Shown here: piece after piece, positions 8,036 to 20,412 of the stretch
Numbering within the stretch: the stretch's first letter is position 1
How the letters are laid out: each line of letters begins with the position of its first letter
Source of the DNA: Microcoleaceae cyanobacterium
GTDB lineage: Bacteria > Cyanobacteriota > Cyanobacteriia > Cyanobacteriales > Microcoleaceae
Assembly: GCA_051652765.1 (NCBI GenBank)
Contig: JBOFUV010000097.1
Span: forward strand, 1 to 64,000
Direction of reading: 5' to 3'
Length of the DNA: 64,000 nt
Program-made: the position numbers and the translations under genes
The notes under the pieces: generated by a model
Databases searched by the model: none
The model's input: the letters and a program-made list of their open reading frames with translations, nothing else
Told to the model about the DNA's origin: nothing

Positions 8036-10843
8036 ATGGGTAAGGTTGCAATTCTTAAAGTTGGTACAGGAAGTTTTGAGCAAGGCTTTGAGGTCTTGTT
8101 GCAGGTTAAAACTGATGACAACCGACTGTTAACCGAACTTGAGGGTCAGCTTCCACCTAATCCTGGTCTTGAAGGCTGTTATATCAGCTGGCAGACCCGT
8201 TTTCGTCAGTTAACCGGAACAGGAGAGTTTCGGCGGCGATTCCAGTCTGGAAATACCGAAGGCTGGGAAATTGAAGAAGCAGCGCCTCAAACTCTTAGCT
8301 TTGGGAATGATTTGTCTCGTTGTCAACGGTTGGTTCAGGATGTTGAACGTCGGATGAAAGAATGGTTGCAATCTCCAACTCCTGACTGGCGGCGAATTCG
8401 TGAACAGCTTCGGGTTGAATTTGCCAACCCCTCAGAGGAAGTCCGGTTTGTTCTCCAGGCGCGGGAGCCCAACCTGTGGAAACTCCCCTGGCATGTTTGG
8501 GATTTACTAGAAGAGTATGGAATTGGCATCGGCTATACCCTCCCAGAATTCAAAGCCTCCCAAGCAAGCGTACAGCACTCAACCCAGGGTCGGAAAGCCA
8601 GGATTCTTGCTGTTTTTGGGGACAAAAATAATGTTAATCTCAAGCCGGATCAAGAGGCGATTGGCAAACTGAGGGGAGCAGAATCAGCGTTTCTACATCA
8701 ACCCAGTGTCAAACAGTTTATTCGAACATTGAGGCATCCCAAAGGCTGGGATATTTTCTTTTTTGCAGGCCATAGTCGAACTGAGGCTCGTAACGGGCGA
8801 ATTTACTTGAATGACAAAGAAAGCCTCACCACCGATGAATTTAAAAATGCCTTAAAAGAAGCAGTTCAATATGGGTTAAAAATTGCGATTTTTAACTCCT
8901 GTGATGGTTTGGGATTGGCCAGAGACTTGATCAAGGGGCGAATTCCGATTGCCATCGTCATGCAGGAGGTTGTTCCCGACGAGGTCGCTCAAGCTTTTTT
9001 AAAAGAACTTTTAACAGAGTACGTCATAGGCGAACCACTCTACACCTCGGTTTATAAAGCCCAGAGTCGGTTAGAGGATTTTCAGGCATTGCCCGGTGCA
9101 ACTTGGCTACCGCTCATTTTTCAAAACCAAGCTGACATTCCTCCGACCTGGAAACAACTTCAACAGTCTAATCAAGGTCAACGACCCCAAAAACTGGGTA
9201 AACCGGGAGTCAAACGCTCAAAGCCGTCTCCTCAAGATCCAACCTCCGGGTTCACTTCTCAGCGACGCAGTATTCAGCGCCTTTTGATTGCCCTGTGTCT
9301 AAGTTTAGTCACTGCATTTTTGCTCAATTTTGTGCGGGAAACAGGTCATCTAGAATGGCTAGAACTCAAAGCTTTTGATGCGCTGATGCGATCGCGTCCG
9401 ACCCAAATTGCTGACCAACGTTTGCTGATCATCGACATTACCCAAGATGATGCCAATGCCCAAACCCGACCGCAAGATGAGGGCAAGGATAAAGCCATCC
9501 AAGACAGCTACCTGGAGAGACTCCTAGAACGATTGGCACCCCTTGAACCCAGCGTTATTGGGCTAGATGTCTATCGAGACTATCAAATCAAACCCGAACA
9601 TCAAGCCTTGATTAAGCGGTTAAAGCAAGACCAACGGCTGATCACGGTTTGTGAAGTGGGGGAAAGCCAGGAGAATTCTGGTCGAGATTTATCCCCTCAC
9701 ATTGCTCAAACTCAAAACTGGGAACAGCGGGTTGGGTTTAGCAACCTTGTTCAGGATCGCGATGGCCATGTGCGCCGCCAACTGTTAACGTTAGAGCCTC
9801 CCGAAAATCCCCAGTTATCTCCCTGTCAAAGTGAGTTGTCCTTCAGTTATCTGGTTGCTTTACAGTATCTCGTAGAAAAAGGTTTGGTGTCAGACAGCAT
9901 CTATAGTCAACGACAAGCCCTTCAACTGGGAGAGGTTAGCTTAAACCTGCTTCAGGGAGACGATGGCAACTACAGTCAAATTTCAGAGTCAGGGGCTCAA
10001 CTCTTGCTCAACTATCAAGAAGCAGGACAAAACATTGCTGAACGTAAGACGTTGAGTGATTTTCTGAATCTGAAGAAGCCTATTGATCTACCTGCGAAGC
10101 CCAATCCTGCCAAAGTCAAGAGCGGGGCCAGCACTCCACCTGCCAGTCCCAGTTCTGCCAAAGCCAAGAGTGGAGCCAGCACTCCATCTGCGAAGCCAAG
10201 TTCTGTCAAAGCTAAGAGTGGAGCCAATAGCACTCCATCTGCGAAGCCAAATTCTGTTAAAGCTAAGAGTGGAGTCAGCACTCCACCCGCTAAGCCAAGT
10301 TCTGTTAAAGCTAAGAGTGTGCCCAGTGGCAATCCACCTGCTAGTCCAAATCCTGTAAAGGGTAAAAGTGTACCTAGTGGCAATCCACTCCCTAATCCCC
10401 CCCCTAATTTATATCCTGATCCCCCCATTGATCCCAATTCTGTCAAAGGCAAAATTGTACTGATTGGGATTAGTGCTCCAAACTTCCAGCCTAGCTATCC
10501 AACGCCCTACGGAGATATGCCTGGAGTTATGATTCAGGCCCATGGAGTCAGCCAAATTTTAAGTGCTGTCGAGGATGGGCGATCGCTGTTGAACTGGTGG
10601 CAACCCTGGCAGGAAGACATCTGGATTCTCCTGTGGGCATCCCTCGGCGGTCTGTTGGCTTGGTTGGTGCGACCCTCTTTGGCTTGGGTTCTGGTGGGTG
10701 CAGTTCTTTGGATCTTGTCTCGGTACTGTTATTTGTTGCTGCTTGAACAGTCGCTCTGGGTACCGTTAGTGCCTGCGGCGATCGGGTTTGTGACTGCTTT
10801 TGGGTTGGTTTCCTTGGTGTTGTACCGACATCTAAAGACTTAG
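8036..10843 (+). CDS. CHAT (caspase-like protease) + CHASE2 domain membrane protein
   Basis: LPWHVWD, FFAGHS and IFNSCDG (His/Cys dyad); TM; CHASE2 motifs (LELKAFD, VIGLDVYRD, VGFSN, DRDGHVRR, GVMIQAH); C-terminal TMs. Confidence 0.9.
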   Translation: MGKVAILKVGTGSFEQGFEVLLQVKTDDNRLLTELEGQLPPNPGLEGCYISWQTRFRQLTGTGEFRRRFQSGNTEGWEIEEAAPQTLSFGNDLSRCQRLVQDVERRMKEWLQSPTPDWRRIREQLRVEFANPSEEVRFVLQAREPNLWKLPWHVWDLLEEYGIGIGYTLPEFKASQASVQHSTQGRKARILAVFGDKNNVNLKPDQEAIGKLRGAESAFLHQPSVKQFIRTLRHPKGWDIFFFAGHSRTEARNGRIYLNDKESLTTDEFKNALKEAVQYGLKIAIFNSCDGLGLARDLIKGRIPIAIVMQEVVPDEVAQAFLKELLTEYVIGEPLYTSVYKAQSRLEDFQALPGATWLPLIFQNQADIPPTWKQLQQSNQGQRPQKLGKPGVKRSKPSPQDPTSGFTSQRRSIQRLLIALCLSLVTAFLLNFVRETGHLEWLELKAFDALMRSRPTQIADQRLLIIDITQDDANAQTRPQDEGKDKAIQDSYLERLLERLAPLEPSVIGLDVYRDYQIKPEHQALIKRLKQDQRLITVCEVGESQENSGRDLSPHIAQTQNWEQRVGFSNLVQDRDGHVRRQLLTLEPPENPQLSPCQSELSFSYLVALQYLVEKGLVSDSIYSQRQALQLGEVSLNLLQGDDGNYSQISESGAQLLLNYQEAGQNIAERKTLSDFLNLKKPIDLPAKPNPAKVKSGASTPPASPSSAKAKSGASTPSAKPSSVKAKSGANSTPSAKPNSVKAKSGVSTPPAKPSSVKAKSVPSGNPPASPNPVKGKSVPSGNPLPNPPPNLYPDPPIDPNSVKGKIVLIGISAPNFQPSYPTPYGDMPGVMIQAHGVSQILSAVEDGRSLLNWWQPWQEDIWILLWASLGGLLAWLVRPSLAWVLVGAVLWILSRYCYLLLLEQSLWVPLVPAAIGFVTAFGLVSLVLYRHLKT
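10091..10440 (+). repeat. In-frame tandem repeat (about 6 x 16-17 aa, Pro/Ser/Lys/Ala-rich) within CHASE2
   Basis: PAKPNPAKVKSGASTP / PASPSSAKAKSGASTP / SAKPSSVKAKSGANSTP etc. Confidence 0.9.
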
Positions 10844-10902
10844 GAAGCTGACCTGACCTCAAAAGCCGAGACAGTTATCCCACATCATTTGTCCGACATG
10901 AT

Positions 10903-11613
10903 TTAATGCACAACTCTCAATTCCTGCTGAAGTTCAGCGGAAAATGGAGGCAAGTGCCAAGCTTCTGGATTAAATTCCTCCAGGGTATTCAGGATCTCAT
11001 CAGCCTCGGCATAGAGTTGTTGATCCATGTCTGCCGCTGGGACAGCTACAACAGACATTCCGGCCCGTTTAGCTGCGGTCACTCCCGCCAAGGCATCTTC
11101 AAAAACCAAACAGTGCTCAGGGATTGCGCCTAACCGTTGAGCCGTGAGCAGAAAAATATCAGGAGCAGGTTTGCCATGCTTGAGTTCAGGATCATCCCCC
11201 CGAACAATACATTGAAACAGGGAGAACCATTCTTGATAACTCTGGATTTTTTCACTAAAGGGGCGATGACTTGAACTGGTTGCCACTGCCTGAGGAATCT
11301 GATGGGCTGCAAAATGTTGGGTCAGGGCGATCGCTCCCGGCAGAGGCTGAACGTGGGGATAAAACTGATAAATAATCGCGTCTTTTTCCTGTAGGTAGGC
11401 TTCAACGGTGACGGGAAGGTCTAAGGTTTCGATCAGCAGTTGAGCTGAATCATGGGATTTTCTACCCCGCAGCTTCATCATCAAATTGGTCTTGATGGTT
11501 TTCCCGTATCGATTTGCCAACATCTGATTCACCTTGGCATGAAGGGGCTCCGTATCAAGCAGCAAACCATCTAAATCGTAAATCAGATGACTAATTTTGT
11601 TGACTGTTTGCAT
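10903..11613 (-). CDS. HAD-IA family phosphatase
   Basis: YDLDGLLLDTE, ATSS, GKPAPDIF and VFEDA motifs. Confidence 0.92.
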   Translation of the reverse strand: MQTVNKISHLIYDLDGLLLDTEPLHAKVNQMLANRYGKTIKTNLMMKLRGRKSHDSAQLLIETLDLPVTVEAYLQEKDAIIYQFYPHVQPLPGAIALTQHFAAHQIPQAVATSSSHRPFSEKIQSYQEWFSLFQCIVRGDDPELKHGKPAPDIFLLTAQRLGAIPEHCLVFEDALAGVTAAKRAGMSVVAVPAADMDQQLYAEADEILNTLEEFNPEAWHLPPFSAELQQELRVVH

Positions 11614-11665
11614 CCAAAGTTAAACCATTAAGGACAGAGAGAATAAGAGAACTAAATTAAAAAAA

Positions 11666-12364
11666 CTAAATAACGTTTTGCCTAATCCCCGGAGCGATCG
11701 CCAGTTGATAGGCTGTGACCTGGGCATCAATCCCTGTAATTGCAGTTCCTACAACGATAGCATGAGCACCCAAAGTTAGGGCCTGACGGGCGATTTCAGG
11801 GGAGCTAATCCCCCCTTCACAGATCACAGGGCAGTCTAGTGTTGCCACCATTTGAGTCAGCAAGTTCAAGGCCGGGGGAGATTGAGTTCGAGTTGCGGGA
11901 GTGTACCCGTACAATGTCGTGGCGACAAAGTCGGCCCCGGCCGCTATCGCTTGAATGGCTGCGTCAAGGGTATCGACATCCGCCATAACTAATTTACCCA
12001 ATTCCCGATGAATTTTTGAGATCAGGCGGGCTACGGTTTCCCCTTCAGGACGGGGGCGTTGGGTTGCATCAATGGCTATTATATCGGCTCCAGCGATCGC
12101 CACGGCGCGTGCGTCCTCAAACTGGGGTGTGATGTAAACGTCATAACCCGGAATCTGCCGTTTCCAGAGGCCAATAATGGGTTGGGTCACCTGTTCTCGG
12201 ACGGCTTGAATATGGGCAGGCGTATCAATCCGCACTCCTACAGCCCCTCGATTAACAGCCGCTTTGGCCATTGCTGTGATCACAACGGGATCATGCAGCG
12301 GAGAGTCAACGGGGGCTTGACAGGACACAATCAGGGCTTGGTATGGAATGAGATTAGGGGTCAT
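11666..12364 (-). CDS. nanE: N-acetylmannosamine-6-phosphate 2-epimerase
   Basis: LIVSCQA, PIIGLWK, VYITP, TTLYGYT, EGGISSP and VVGTAIT motifs. Confidence 0.95.
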   Translation of the reverse strand: MTPNLIPYQALIVSCQAPVDSPLHDPVVITAMAKAAVNRGAVGVRIDTPAHIQAVREQVTQPIIGLWKRQIPGYDVYITPQFEDARAVAIAGADIIAIDATQRPRPEGETVARLISKIHRELGKLVMADVDTLDAAIQAIAAGADFVATTLYGYTPATRTQSPPALNLLTQMVATLDCPVICEGGISSPEIARQALTLGAHAIVVGTAITGIDAQVTAYQLAIAPGIRQNVI

Positions 12365-12431
12365 GGGTGATGGATTTAGATCGATGGATTTAGATCGATG
12401 GGTTTAGCTCAATGAATTCAGATCAATGAAT

Positions 12432-13262
12432 TCAGATCAAAAGTTGAGGGTGAATCAGTTGATATCCGGCCTGCTGAATTTTTTGGCTAGAGACTCGAAC
12501 GCTGTAAAGACGAGAACTGGGCTTAGACGTGTCCCAAATAACCTTAGGGAGGTTGTGTTGTTCACAGACTTGATCAATAAGTTCTCGCAGGGTCAGCTCG
12601 GACTGATCCACAAGGTTGTAAATTCCCGAGAGTTGGTATCGGCGAACAAATTCAATCGCACCGACAATATCATCTAAATGTATCCAATTGGTAGGTTCAG
12701 CCCCGTCTCCTGGGCGAGTTGTGCCTGCGATCCGACTCCAGATTTTTAATAATTCTCGACCCGGCCCATAGATTCCGCCTAATCGCAGAATGCAAACTTT
12801 TAAGGAATCATGGGCAGCACTGAGCAACACCTGTTCGGTTTGGTGCAATGTATGGCCATTTTCATTCAGAGGGGCCACAGGGGTTGTTTCATCCACAAGG
12901 GCTCCTTGATGATCGCCATAGAGGGCATAGCTTCCGGTATAGACAATGTGTTGTACGCTTGGAACCTCTGGCAAGACTGAGGCTAGAGTTTTCGCTGTCT
13001 CTAGGTAAGCCAATTGATAGGCTTGAGGATCTCTGCCTTTTGCGCCAACACTCAAAAGCACTAGGTGTTGACCCTGGAGCGCTGATCGTAGACCTATAGG
13101 ATCGTTGCCCTGAAGCACAATCACTCGATCTGCAATCGACTTCAAGGCGGTGACTCGATCGGGAGTTGTCGTTGTCACCGTGACCTTGAATCCTAAGGTT
13201 TGCTGCCAAAAATTGGCTACGGCACTTCCGACATAGCCACAACCAATGATAATTGCTTGCAT
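12432..13262 (-). CDS. NAD-dependent epimerase/dehydratase (atypical SDR)
   Basis: GCGYVG Rossmann motif; RLGGIYGPGR; NWIHLDD. Confidence 0.9.
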   Translation of the reverse strand: MQAIIIGCGYVGSAVANFWQQTLGFKVTVTTTTPDRVTALKSIADRVIVLQGNDPIGLRSALQGQHLVLLSVGAKGRDPQAYQLAYLETAKTLASVLPEVPSVQHIVYTGSYALYGDHQGALVDETTPVAPLNENGHTLHQTEQVLLSAAHDSLKVCILRLGGIYGPGRELLKIWSRIAGTTRPGDGAEPTNWIHLDDIVGAIEFVRRYQLSGIYNLVDQSELTLRELIDQVCEQHNLPKVIWDTSKPSSRLYSVRVSSQKIQQAGYQLIHPQLLI

Positions 13263-13327
13263 TTCTGAGTGGATGAATTTGAGTTGAAACTGAGTGAGGG
13301 TGGTGAAAGAAGAGTCTGAAGACCTTT

Positions 13328-14485
13328 TTAAGATAACCCAAGGGTTTTAAAAGTATTAGGCCCAACAACCCCATCGGCGACTAACCCCTTTTGGCGTTGG
13401 AAGTTCATCACCGCCAATTCTGTTCCTGGCCCAAACACGCCATCGGTGCCGACTTTAGTCCCAGCTTTGACCAAGGCCAATTGTAGGCGTTGGACATCTC
13501 CCCCTTCCATATAAGGCAGAGTCAGATAGAGAACTCTAGGGGGAAAACCGTTGATGGGAGAACGATTGAGCCGATATTCGGATGACCAGCCAAACAATCC
13601 ATCTTCGTAAACTTGATCCCGAGGGTTATTTCGATTCCAAAGTTGTTGGAATGCAAGAATCGCCAACCAACGAATATCCCGTGTTCCCCAACCCACATAG
13701 TCGAAGTGGGGGGGATCATACTCTCCCAGCCATAGCCATCCCTGAGATTCCAGGAAGGGTCGCCAGCCATAGTAGTCTTCAATATCGATTGCCAGCCCAC
13801 TTTGGTGATTGCTGCGACCTGGAGTGGCCACGACTCCGATGCCGCATCGTCCCTCTTGACCTTGATTGTAAAGCATCTGCTGTTGGGCAATGGTGCGGTA
13901 AGCAGAATTCACAAGCATCTTTCTACCGCGAGCCGTGATCACCCTTGACAAGGCTGTTCTGGCTGCAGGCTGAAGAAAGGGATAAACCGCAGAGCCATTG
14001 TCAACATTGAGATTCGCAAAACTGACCAAGGAATTGGGTTCAACCCAGTTCATTTCGTCAATTAACTGCCGAGAAAGGCCATCTAGCACTGAAGTCGAAC
14101 ACCCTGGTGCATCCTTGAGCAAGATTCTCTGAGTCGCAGGATTCAGAGTGAGGCTTGGGGGATTAGGATTATTATCATTGTCATTAATTTTTTTGCAAGG
14201 TTCAGGTAAGTTGGCAAAGTACCGATCGGGATCTGCTTTTTGCAAGAGTCGCTCTGCAAAGGTTTTGCCAATTTTCCCAGTTTTTACAGTGTCCAGGTAT
14301 TGAGACCAAGTAAACTTCTCCAGAGCCTTTTGAGTTTGGGGGCTATATCGACCATCGACTTGGGCACTGGGATAGAGGGAGAGTTTGCTCAAGAGTAACT
14401 GGAGTTGACGAACCAGTTCTGGGTCACGCTTTAGCGTCTCCAAGCTAATGACCTGGTTTTGCCGAATGATATCCTCAAATTTCAT
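13328..14485 (-). CDS. M15 (VanY-like) metallopeptidase with peptidoglycan-binding domains
   Basis: SAYRT, SNHQSGLAID and DPPHF zinc motifs; DGxFG/DGVVGPNT PG-binding repeats. Confidence 0.88.
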   Translation of the reverse strand: MKFEDIIRQNQVISLETLKRDPELVRQLQLLLSKLSLYPSAQVDGRYSPQTQKALEKFTWSQYLDTVKTGKIGKTFAERLLQKADPDRYFANLPEPCKKINDNDNNPNPPSLTLNPATQRILLKDAPGCSTSVLDGLSRQLIDEMNWVEPNSLVSFANLNVDNGSAVYPFLQPAARTALSRVITARGRKMLVNSAYRTIAQQQMLYNQGQEGRCGIGVVATPGRSNHQSGLAIDIEDYYGWRPFLESQGWLWLGEYDPPHFDYVGWGTRDIRWLAILAFQQLWNRNNPRDQVYEDGLFGWSSEYRLNRSPINGFPPRVLYLTLPYMEGGDVQRLQLALVKAGTKVGTDGVFGPGTELAVMNFQRQKGLVADGVVGPNTFKTLGLS

Positions 14486-14741
14486 CTCAGTCCTATTTCC
14501 TAATCTTTTAAAGGGCCTTAGTCGTTAAGTTAGTAAGTAGCTAGCATACGCCAGAAGCTTGAGTAAATTTTAATTTAGATAGTCAGTTTTAATTGTTAGA
14601 GATAGCAATCTGATGGGAAGGGTGCATGTGAAGTGTAGGCTAAAAGCTTGCACCACAGACATTTTAATAGATCTTCCTGAATGCGATGGATTCTTGCTGG
14701 ATTGGCCCCAGCATGACTTACGGCAGAAATTACGGCAGAAA

Positions 14742-15632
14742 TTACGGCAGAAAAACAACTTGGGGAACAAGCAACACTCCCTGATCTGAGCAGTTCACCT
14801 GACCAATCCCCAGAAACTGACCATCTTGACCATAGACTCGCACAGGCAATTGGCATAACTCCCGATAGTCGCACTGAACCTGTTGCCCCTGACTCCAACG
14901 TCTAGCTTTATCGGGGGCAAGGGCGATCGCCTTTACGTGTTTCAAGGCTTCTGCTTCAGAAATCGGTTGAAATGTTCCGGCGTTGGCGCGAGTTTCCAAG
15001 TCTGCTAAAGTCAAGCTGGTGGCCAAAGGGAACCCACTGCTCTCGGTGCGGATCAGAGCGGCTAGGGTTGCGCCAACGTTCAGTTTTTCCCCTAGATCCC
15101 TGGCAATCGAGCGAATATAGGTTCCAGCGCCGCAGGTAATCGAGATTTCAAGTTCTGGAAAGTCTCCGGGTTGCCAGTTGAGTGGCTCAATCCCAAATAT
15201 CTCAACCGTTCGAGTCGGAATCTCCACTTCTTCCCCAGTGCGGGCAAGATCATACAAGCGCTTGCCTTGAACATGAATGGCGCTGTAGCGAGGAGGAACT
15301 TGTTGAATGACTCCCAAAAACTGAGGCAGCATGGGTCTAACCTGTTCCAGAGTTAACCCTGGAACAGGCTGATGGGTGAGTTCCTCCCCGGCCAAGTCGT
15401 CCGTTGTGGTCGTCACCCCGAAGCGAATCTTGGCCCGATAGGCTTTTTCTGAGGGGAGAAATTGTAACAACCGAGTGGCTTTGCCCAAGGCAATAGGCAA
15501 AACCCCCGTCGCTGTAGGATCAAGAGTTCCAGCATGTCCTACCTGTTTCAAACGAACGAGCCGTCGAACCTTGGCGACACAGTCATGGGATGTCCAGTCC
15601 GCAGGTTTATTGAGATTGAGAAAACCCTGCAT
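14742..15632 (-). CDS. truB: tRNA pseudouridine(55) synthase
   Basis: [14 protein letters not shown] and [12 protein letters not shown] motifs. Confidence 0.97.
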   Translation of the reverse strand: MQGFLNLNKPADWTSHDCVAKVRRLVRLKQVGHAGTLDPTATGVLPIALGKATRLLQFLPSEKAYRAKIRFGVTTTTDDLAGEELTHQPVPGLTLEQVRPMLPQFLGVIQQVPPRYSAIHVQGKRLYDLARTGEEVEIPTRTVEIFGIEPLNWQPGDFPELEISITCGAGTYIRSIARDLGEKLNVGATLAALIRTESSGFPLATSLTLADLETRANAGTFQPISEAEALKHVKAIALAPDKARRWSQGQQVQCDYRELCQLPVRVYGQDGQFLGIGQVNCSDQGVLLVPQVVFLP

Positions 15633-15673
15633 GGTGTTGAGATTCCGATTCAAGTTTCTGTTAAAGGTTTCTG

Positions 15674-16528
15674 TTAGAGTTCAGGGGTCACAACAGTAAT
15701 ATCACTTCTGGATAAACCAGCCCCTGAAACAATTGCTAGAACACTCTGATTATCGTCATCCAGGAGAATTCCAATGCCTCCGCCAATCTCTTCCAGAACA
15801 TAGTCAACGCCGTTCTCTAGGAAAAGCACAATCCTGTCATTATCACTATCGTTAAAATCTGTGATGCGATCTGCTAAGTCTACACTTGGCCCGCCATCAT
15901 CAGAAATCTGAAACGTATCTTGGCCATCCCCCCCCGTCAGAGTATCGACTCCCCGGTCGCCGGAGAGAGTATCATCTCCGGCCCCGCCAACTAAACTATC
16001 CCGATCTTGTCCACCAAACAGGCTGTCATCCCCAGAACGCCCTAGGATCGTATCACCTCCAATATTCCCAAACAGTAAATTCTCATCGTTCTCAATCGTC
16101 TCTTCCTCGCCACCATCGATTGAATCACTGCCCTTGCCTCCGAAGATCGTGTCATCTTCTAGTCCCCCAAAGATAATGTCATCTCCTTGATTACCATTCA
16201 TCAAGTCGTTTCCAGTATCTCCAAACAAAGAGTCAGTGCTGTCGAGACCAAGAACCGTATCCTCTCCAGCTTCCCCATACAGAGTATCCGAACCACTGTT
16301 GCCAACAATAAAATCCGCGCCTGCAGTTCCCCGGAGGCTATCTCCTTCGGGATCATCAACGATGAGGGCGTTTTCAGGGATGCTATCAATATTGCCACCT
16401 CCCCCCGGGGTTGTATCCCCTCCGCTGCCACTGCCATCTCCATTATCTCCGCCAGAGGCTGTATCATCTCCCCCTATGAGAGGAGGCTCAAATTCATCAA
16501 GTAAGCCGGGATAAACAACGCTAGTCAT
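15674..16528 (-). CDS. RTX/hemolysin-type calcium-binding repeat protein
   Basis: Many GGxGxDxL nonapeptides; acidic Gly-rich N-terminus; DRITDF C-terminal motif. Confidence 0.88.
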   Translation of the reverse strand: MTSVVYPGLLDEFEPPLIGGDDTASGGDNGDGSGSGGDTTPGGGGNIDSIPENALIVDDPEGDSLRGTAGADFIVGNSGSDTLYGEAGEDTVLGLDSTDSLFGDTGNDLMNGNQGDDIIFGGLEDDTIFGGKGSDSIDGGEEETIENDENLLFGNIGGDTILGRSGDDSLFGGQDRDSLVGGAGDDTLSGDRGVDTLTGGDGQDTFQISDDGGPSVDLADRITDFNDSDNDRIVLFLENGVDYVLEEIGGGIGILLDDDNQSVLAIVSGAGLSRSDITVVTPEL

Positions 16529-17246
16529 AAGGTTTTGCACCTACTGTTCTACGTCTCGAATTCTAGCTTGCCCACTTGAACACTCACCACCCTTCCAGAC
16601 AAAACTGAGAGGAGGACGTGATACGGGGCATTGCTGAGTTGATGATGACTGCCCCAGGTTCGCAATCTAATGATTAATTAGAATTTAAATTAAATAATTA
16701 CAATTTAAATAGGATCGCCATATAACAGCCCAATCTCCTTAAAAATTGTCTAAAACTCCATCAAAGAGAGCTGTCAGTCAATTAACGTTTTAAAAAATTT
16801 ACACCAATTTTATAATTTAGTAAGCAAAATCACTTATCGTTCAAGGTATATTTCTATTTGGTTTATCTCACTCTAAAAGTGTGATCTTGCACAATCCCAA
16901 TCAGTGACATAAAAATTATTATACAGGTTATGATACGAACGTTCTGCCCAAAGCGATGAGCTTTTAGCGTACAGTGTATTCGATTTTACTGATTGACTGA
17001 GCGACCTAGAACTAACGCCTTCAAGATGAAGTGAGTTGAACTTTTTTCTTGAGTTTTTCACAGTCAAAACAGAGAGGTGTTAAATATAATAGAGCAATAT
17101 AAGATAACTTTTTTTTGCAGAATCAATCCTACCCCAAGAGTTCAGAGGGAACTGTATAACTTAGGAGTAGCTTTTACCATTGAGAGTCCATGGCTTAAAA
17201 ATCAGTCCTAGTTCAAATCATTGTTTAGCAAACTGCTTAGATTATT

Positions 17247-18176
17247 ATGTTTAATGCAACCGCCGTTTTAATTGATGCATTTGTGCAGCGCCTACAGGCT
17301 GGATATCGCCGAACCTATGGCGGATTTCAGCCCCACTACCCAGAGATTATTTCCTGGGCAGGAACGATGGCCTTGGAGAATATCGCCAACTGTGATGCCC
17401 TTTACCACGATGTGGAACATACCATGTTGGTCACTTTAGTTGGACAGGAGGTGCTCCGGGGCAAACATATTCGGGAGGGAGGAGTATCTCCCGAGGACTG
17501 GCTCCACTTTATTATTTCTCTGTTGTGCCACGACATTGGCTACGTTAAAGGGGTTTGTCGTCAGGATCAAGAATCTTTGGGGCTGTACGCTTCAGGCAAT
17601 GAAGGTAGCATGGTCTCGATTCCAATTGGAGCAACGGCTGCAAGCTTAACCCCTTATCATGTGGATCGGGGTAAATTGGTAATTGATGAACGATTCGGAG
17701 GCCATAAGTTAATTGATGCAGAGCAGATTAAGCGCAATATTGAGTTAACGCGGTTCCCAATTCCGACTGATGTCACTCATCAAGATCGTCACAGCTTTTC
17801 CGGACTAGCGCGGGCTGCCGATTTGATTGGACAGTTGAGCGATCCTCGCTATCTCAAGAAAATTAGCGCTCTGTTCTATGAATTTGAAGAAGTTGGAACC
17901 AATAAAGTCTTGGGATACAAAACCCCAGGAGATCTCCGCAAAAACTATGCCAAGTTTTATTGGAATGGGGTGTTTCCCTATATTCCTGCGGCGTTGCGGT
18001 ATTTGGAACTAACTCAAGAAGGGAAACAAATCGTCGCCAATCTCTACGCCAATGTGTTTCAAGTAGAGAATGAATCGCGAATTCTTCGAGAGATCAATAC
18101 TCAGCTCCCTGACCTAGAGAGCAACGGCATCAAAAATGAAATTCCCCTGTTTGAAATCTCTGGGTTAAATTTGTGA
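17247..18176 (+). CDS. HD-domain metal-dependent phosphohydrolase (Npun_R2479-like)
   Basis: YHDVEH, LCHDIGY, HVDRG and AADLIGQ motifs. Confidence 0.88.
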   Translation: MFNATAVLIDAFVQRLQAGYRRTYGGFQPHYPEIISWAGTMALENIANCDALYHDVEHTMLVTLVGQEVLRGKHIREGGVSPEDWLHFIISLLCHDIGYVKGVCRQDQESLGLYASGNEGSMVSIPIGATAASLTPYHVDRGKLVIDERFGGHKLIDAEQIKRNIELTRFPIPTDVTHQDRHSFSGLARAADLIGQLSDPRYLKKISALFYEFEEVGTNKVLGYKTPGDLRKNYAKFYWNGVFPYIPAALRYLELTQEGKQIVANLYANVFQVENESRILREINTQLPDLESNGIKNEIPLFEISGLNL

Positions 18177-18217
18177 TAGCTCGAATTGATTACCAGTTCA
18201 ACTTTCTGGTAGGATAA

Positions 18218-20329
<2,112 letters not shown>

Positions 20330-20341
20330 CTGTGTTGAACT

Positions 20342-20395
20342 GTCGGCCCACGTAAGGACGAAGTCACCTCGCCCCTACCTACTATAATTGCCGAC
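20342..20395 (-). terminator. GTAG-type REP-like hairpin between convergent ligA and glsF
   Basis: Minus strand GTAGGGGCGAGG-TGA-CTTCGTCCTTAC, 12-bp stem with G-U pairs; outer GTCGGC/GCCGAC arms. Confidence 0.55.
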
Positions 20396-20412
20396 CCCAT
20401 CTACGATTTCAC

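Noticed and set aside
10015..10452. 145-aa antisense ORF
   Set aside because: Shadow of the repetitive Pro/Ser/Lys segment on the plus strand
16880..16893. CRP-like site TGTGA...GCACA
   Set aside because: Spacer is 4 bp rather than the required 6
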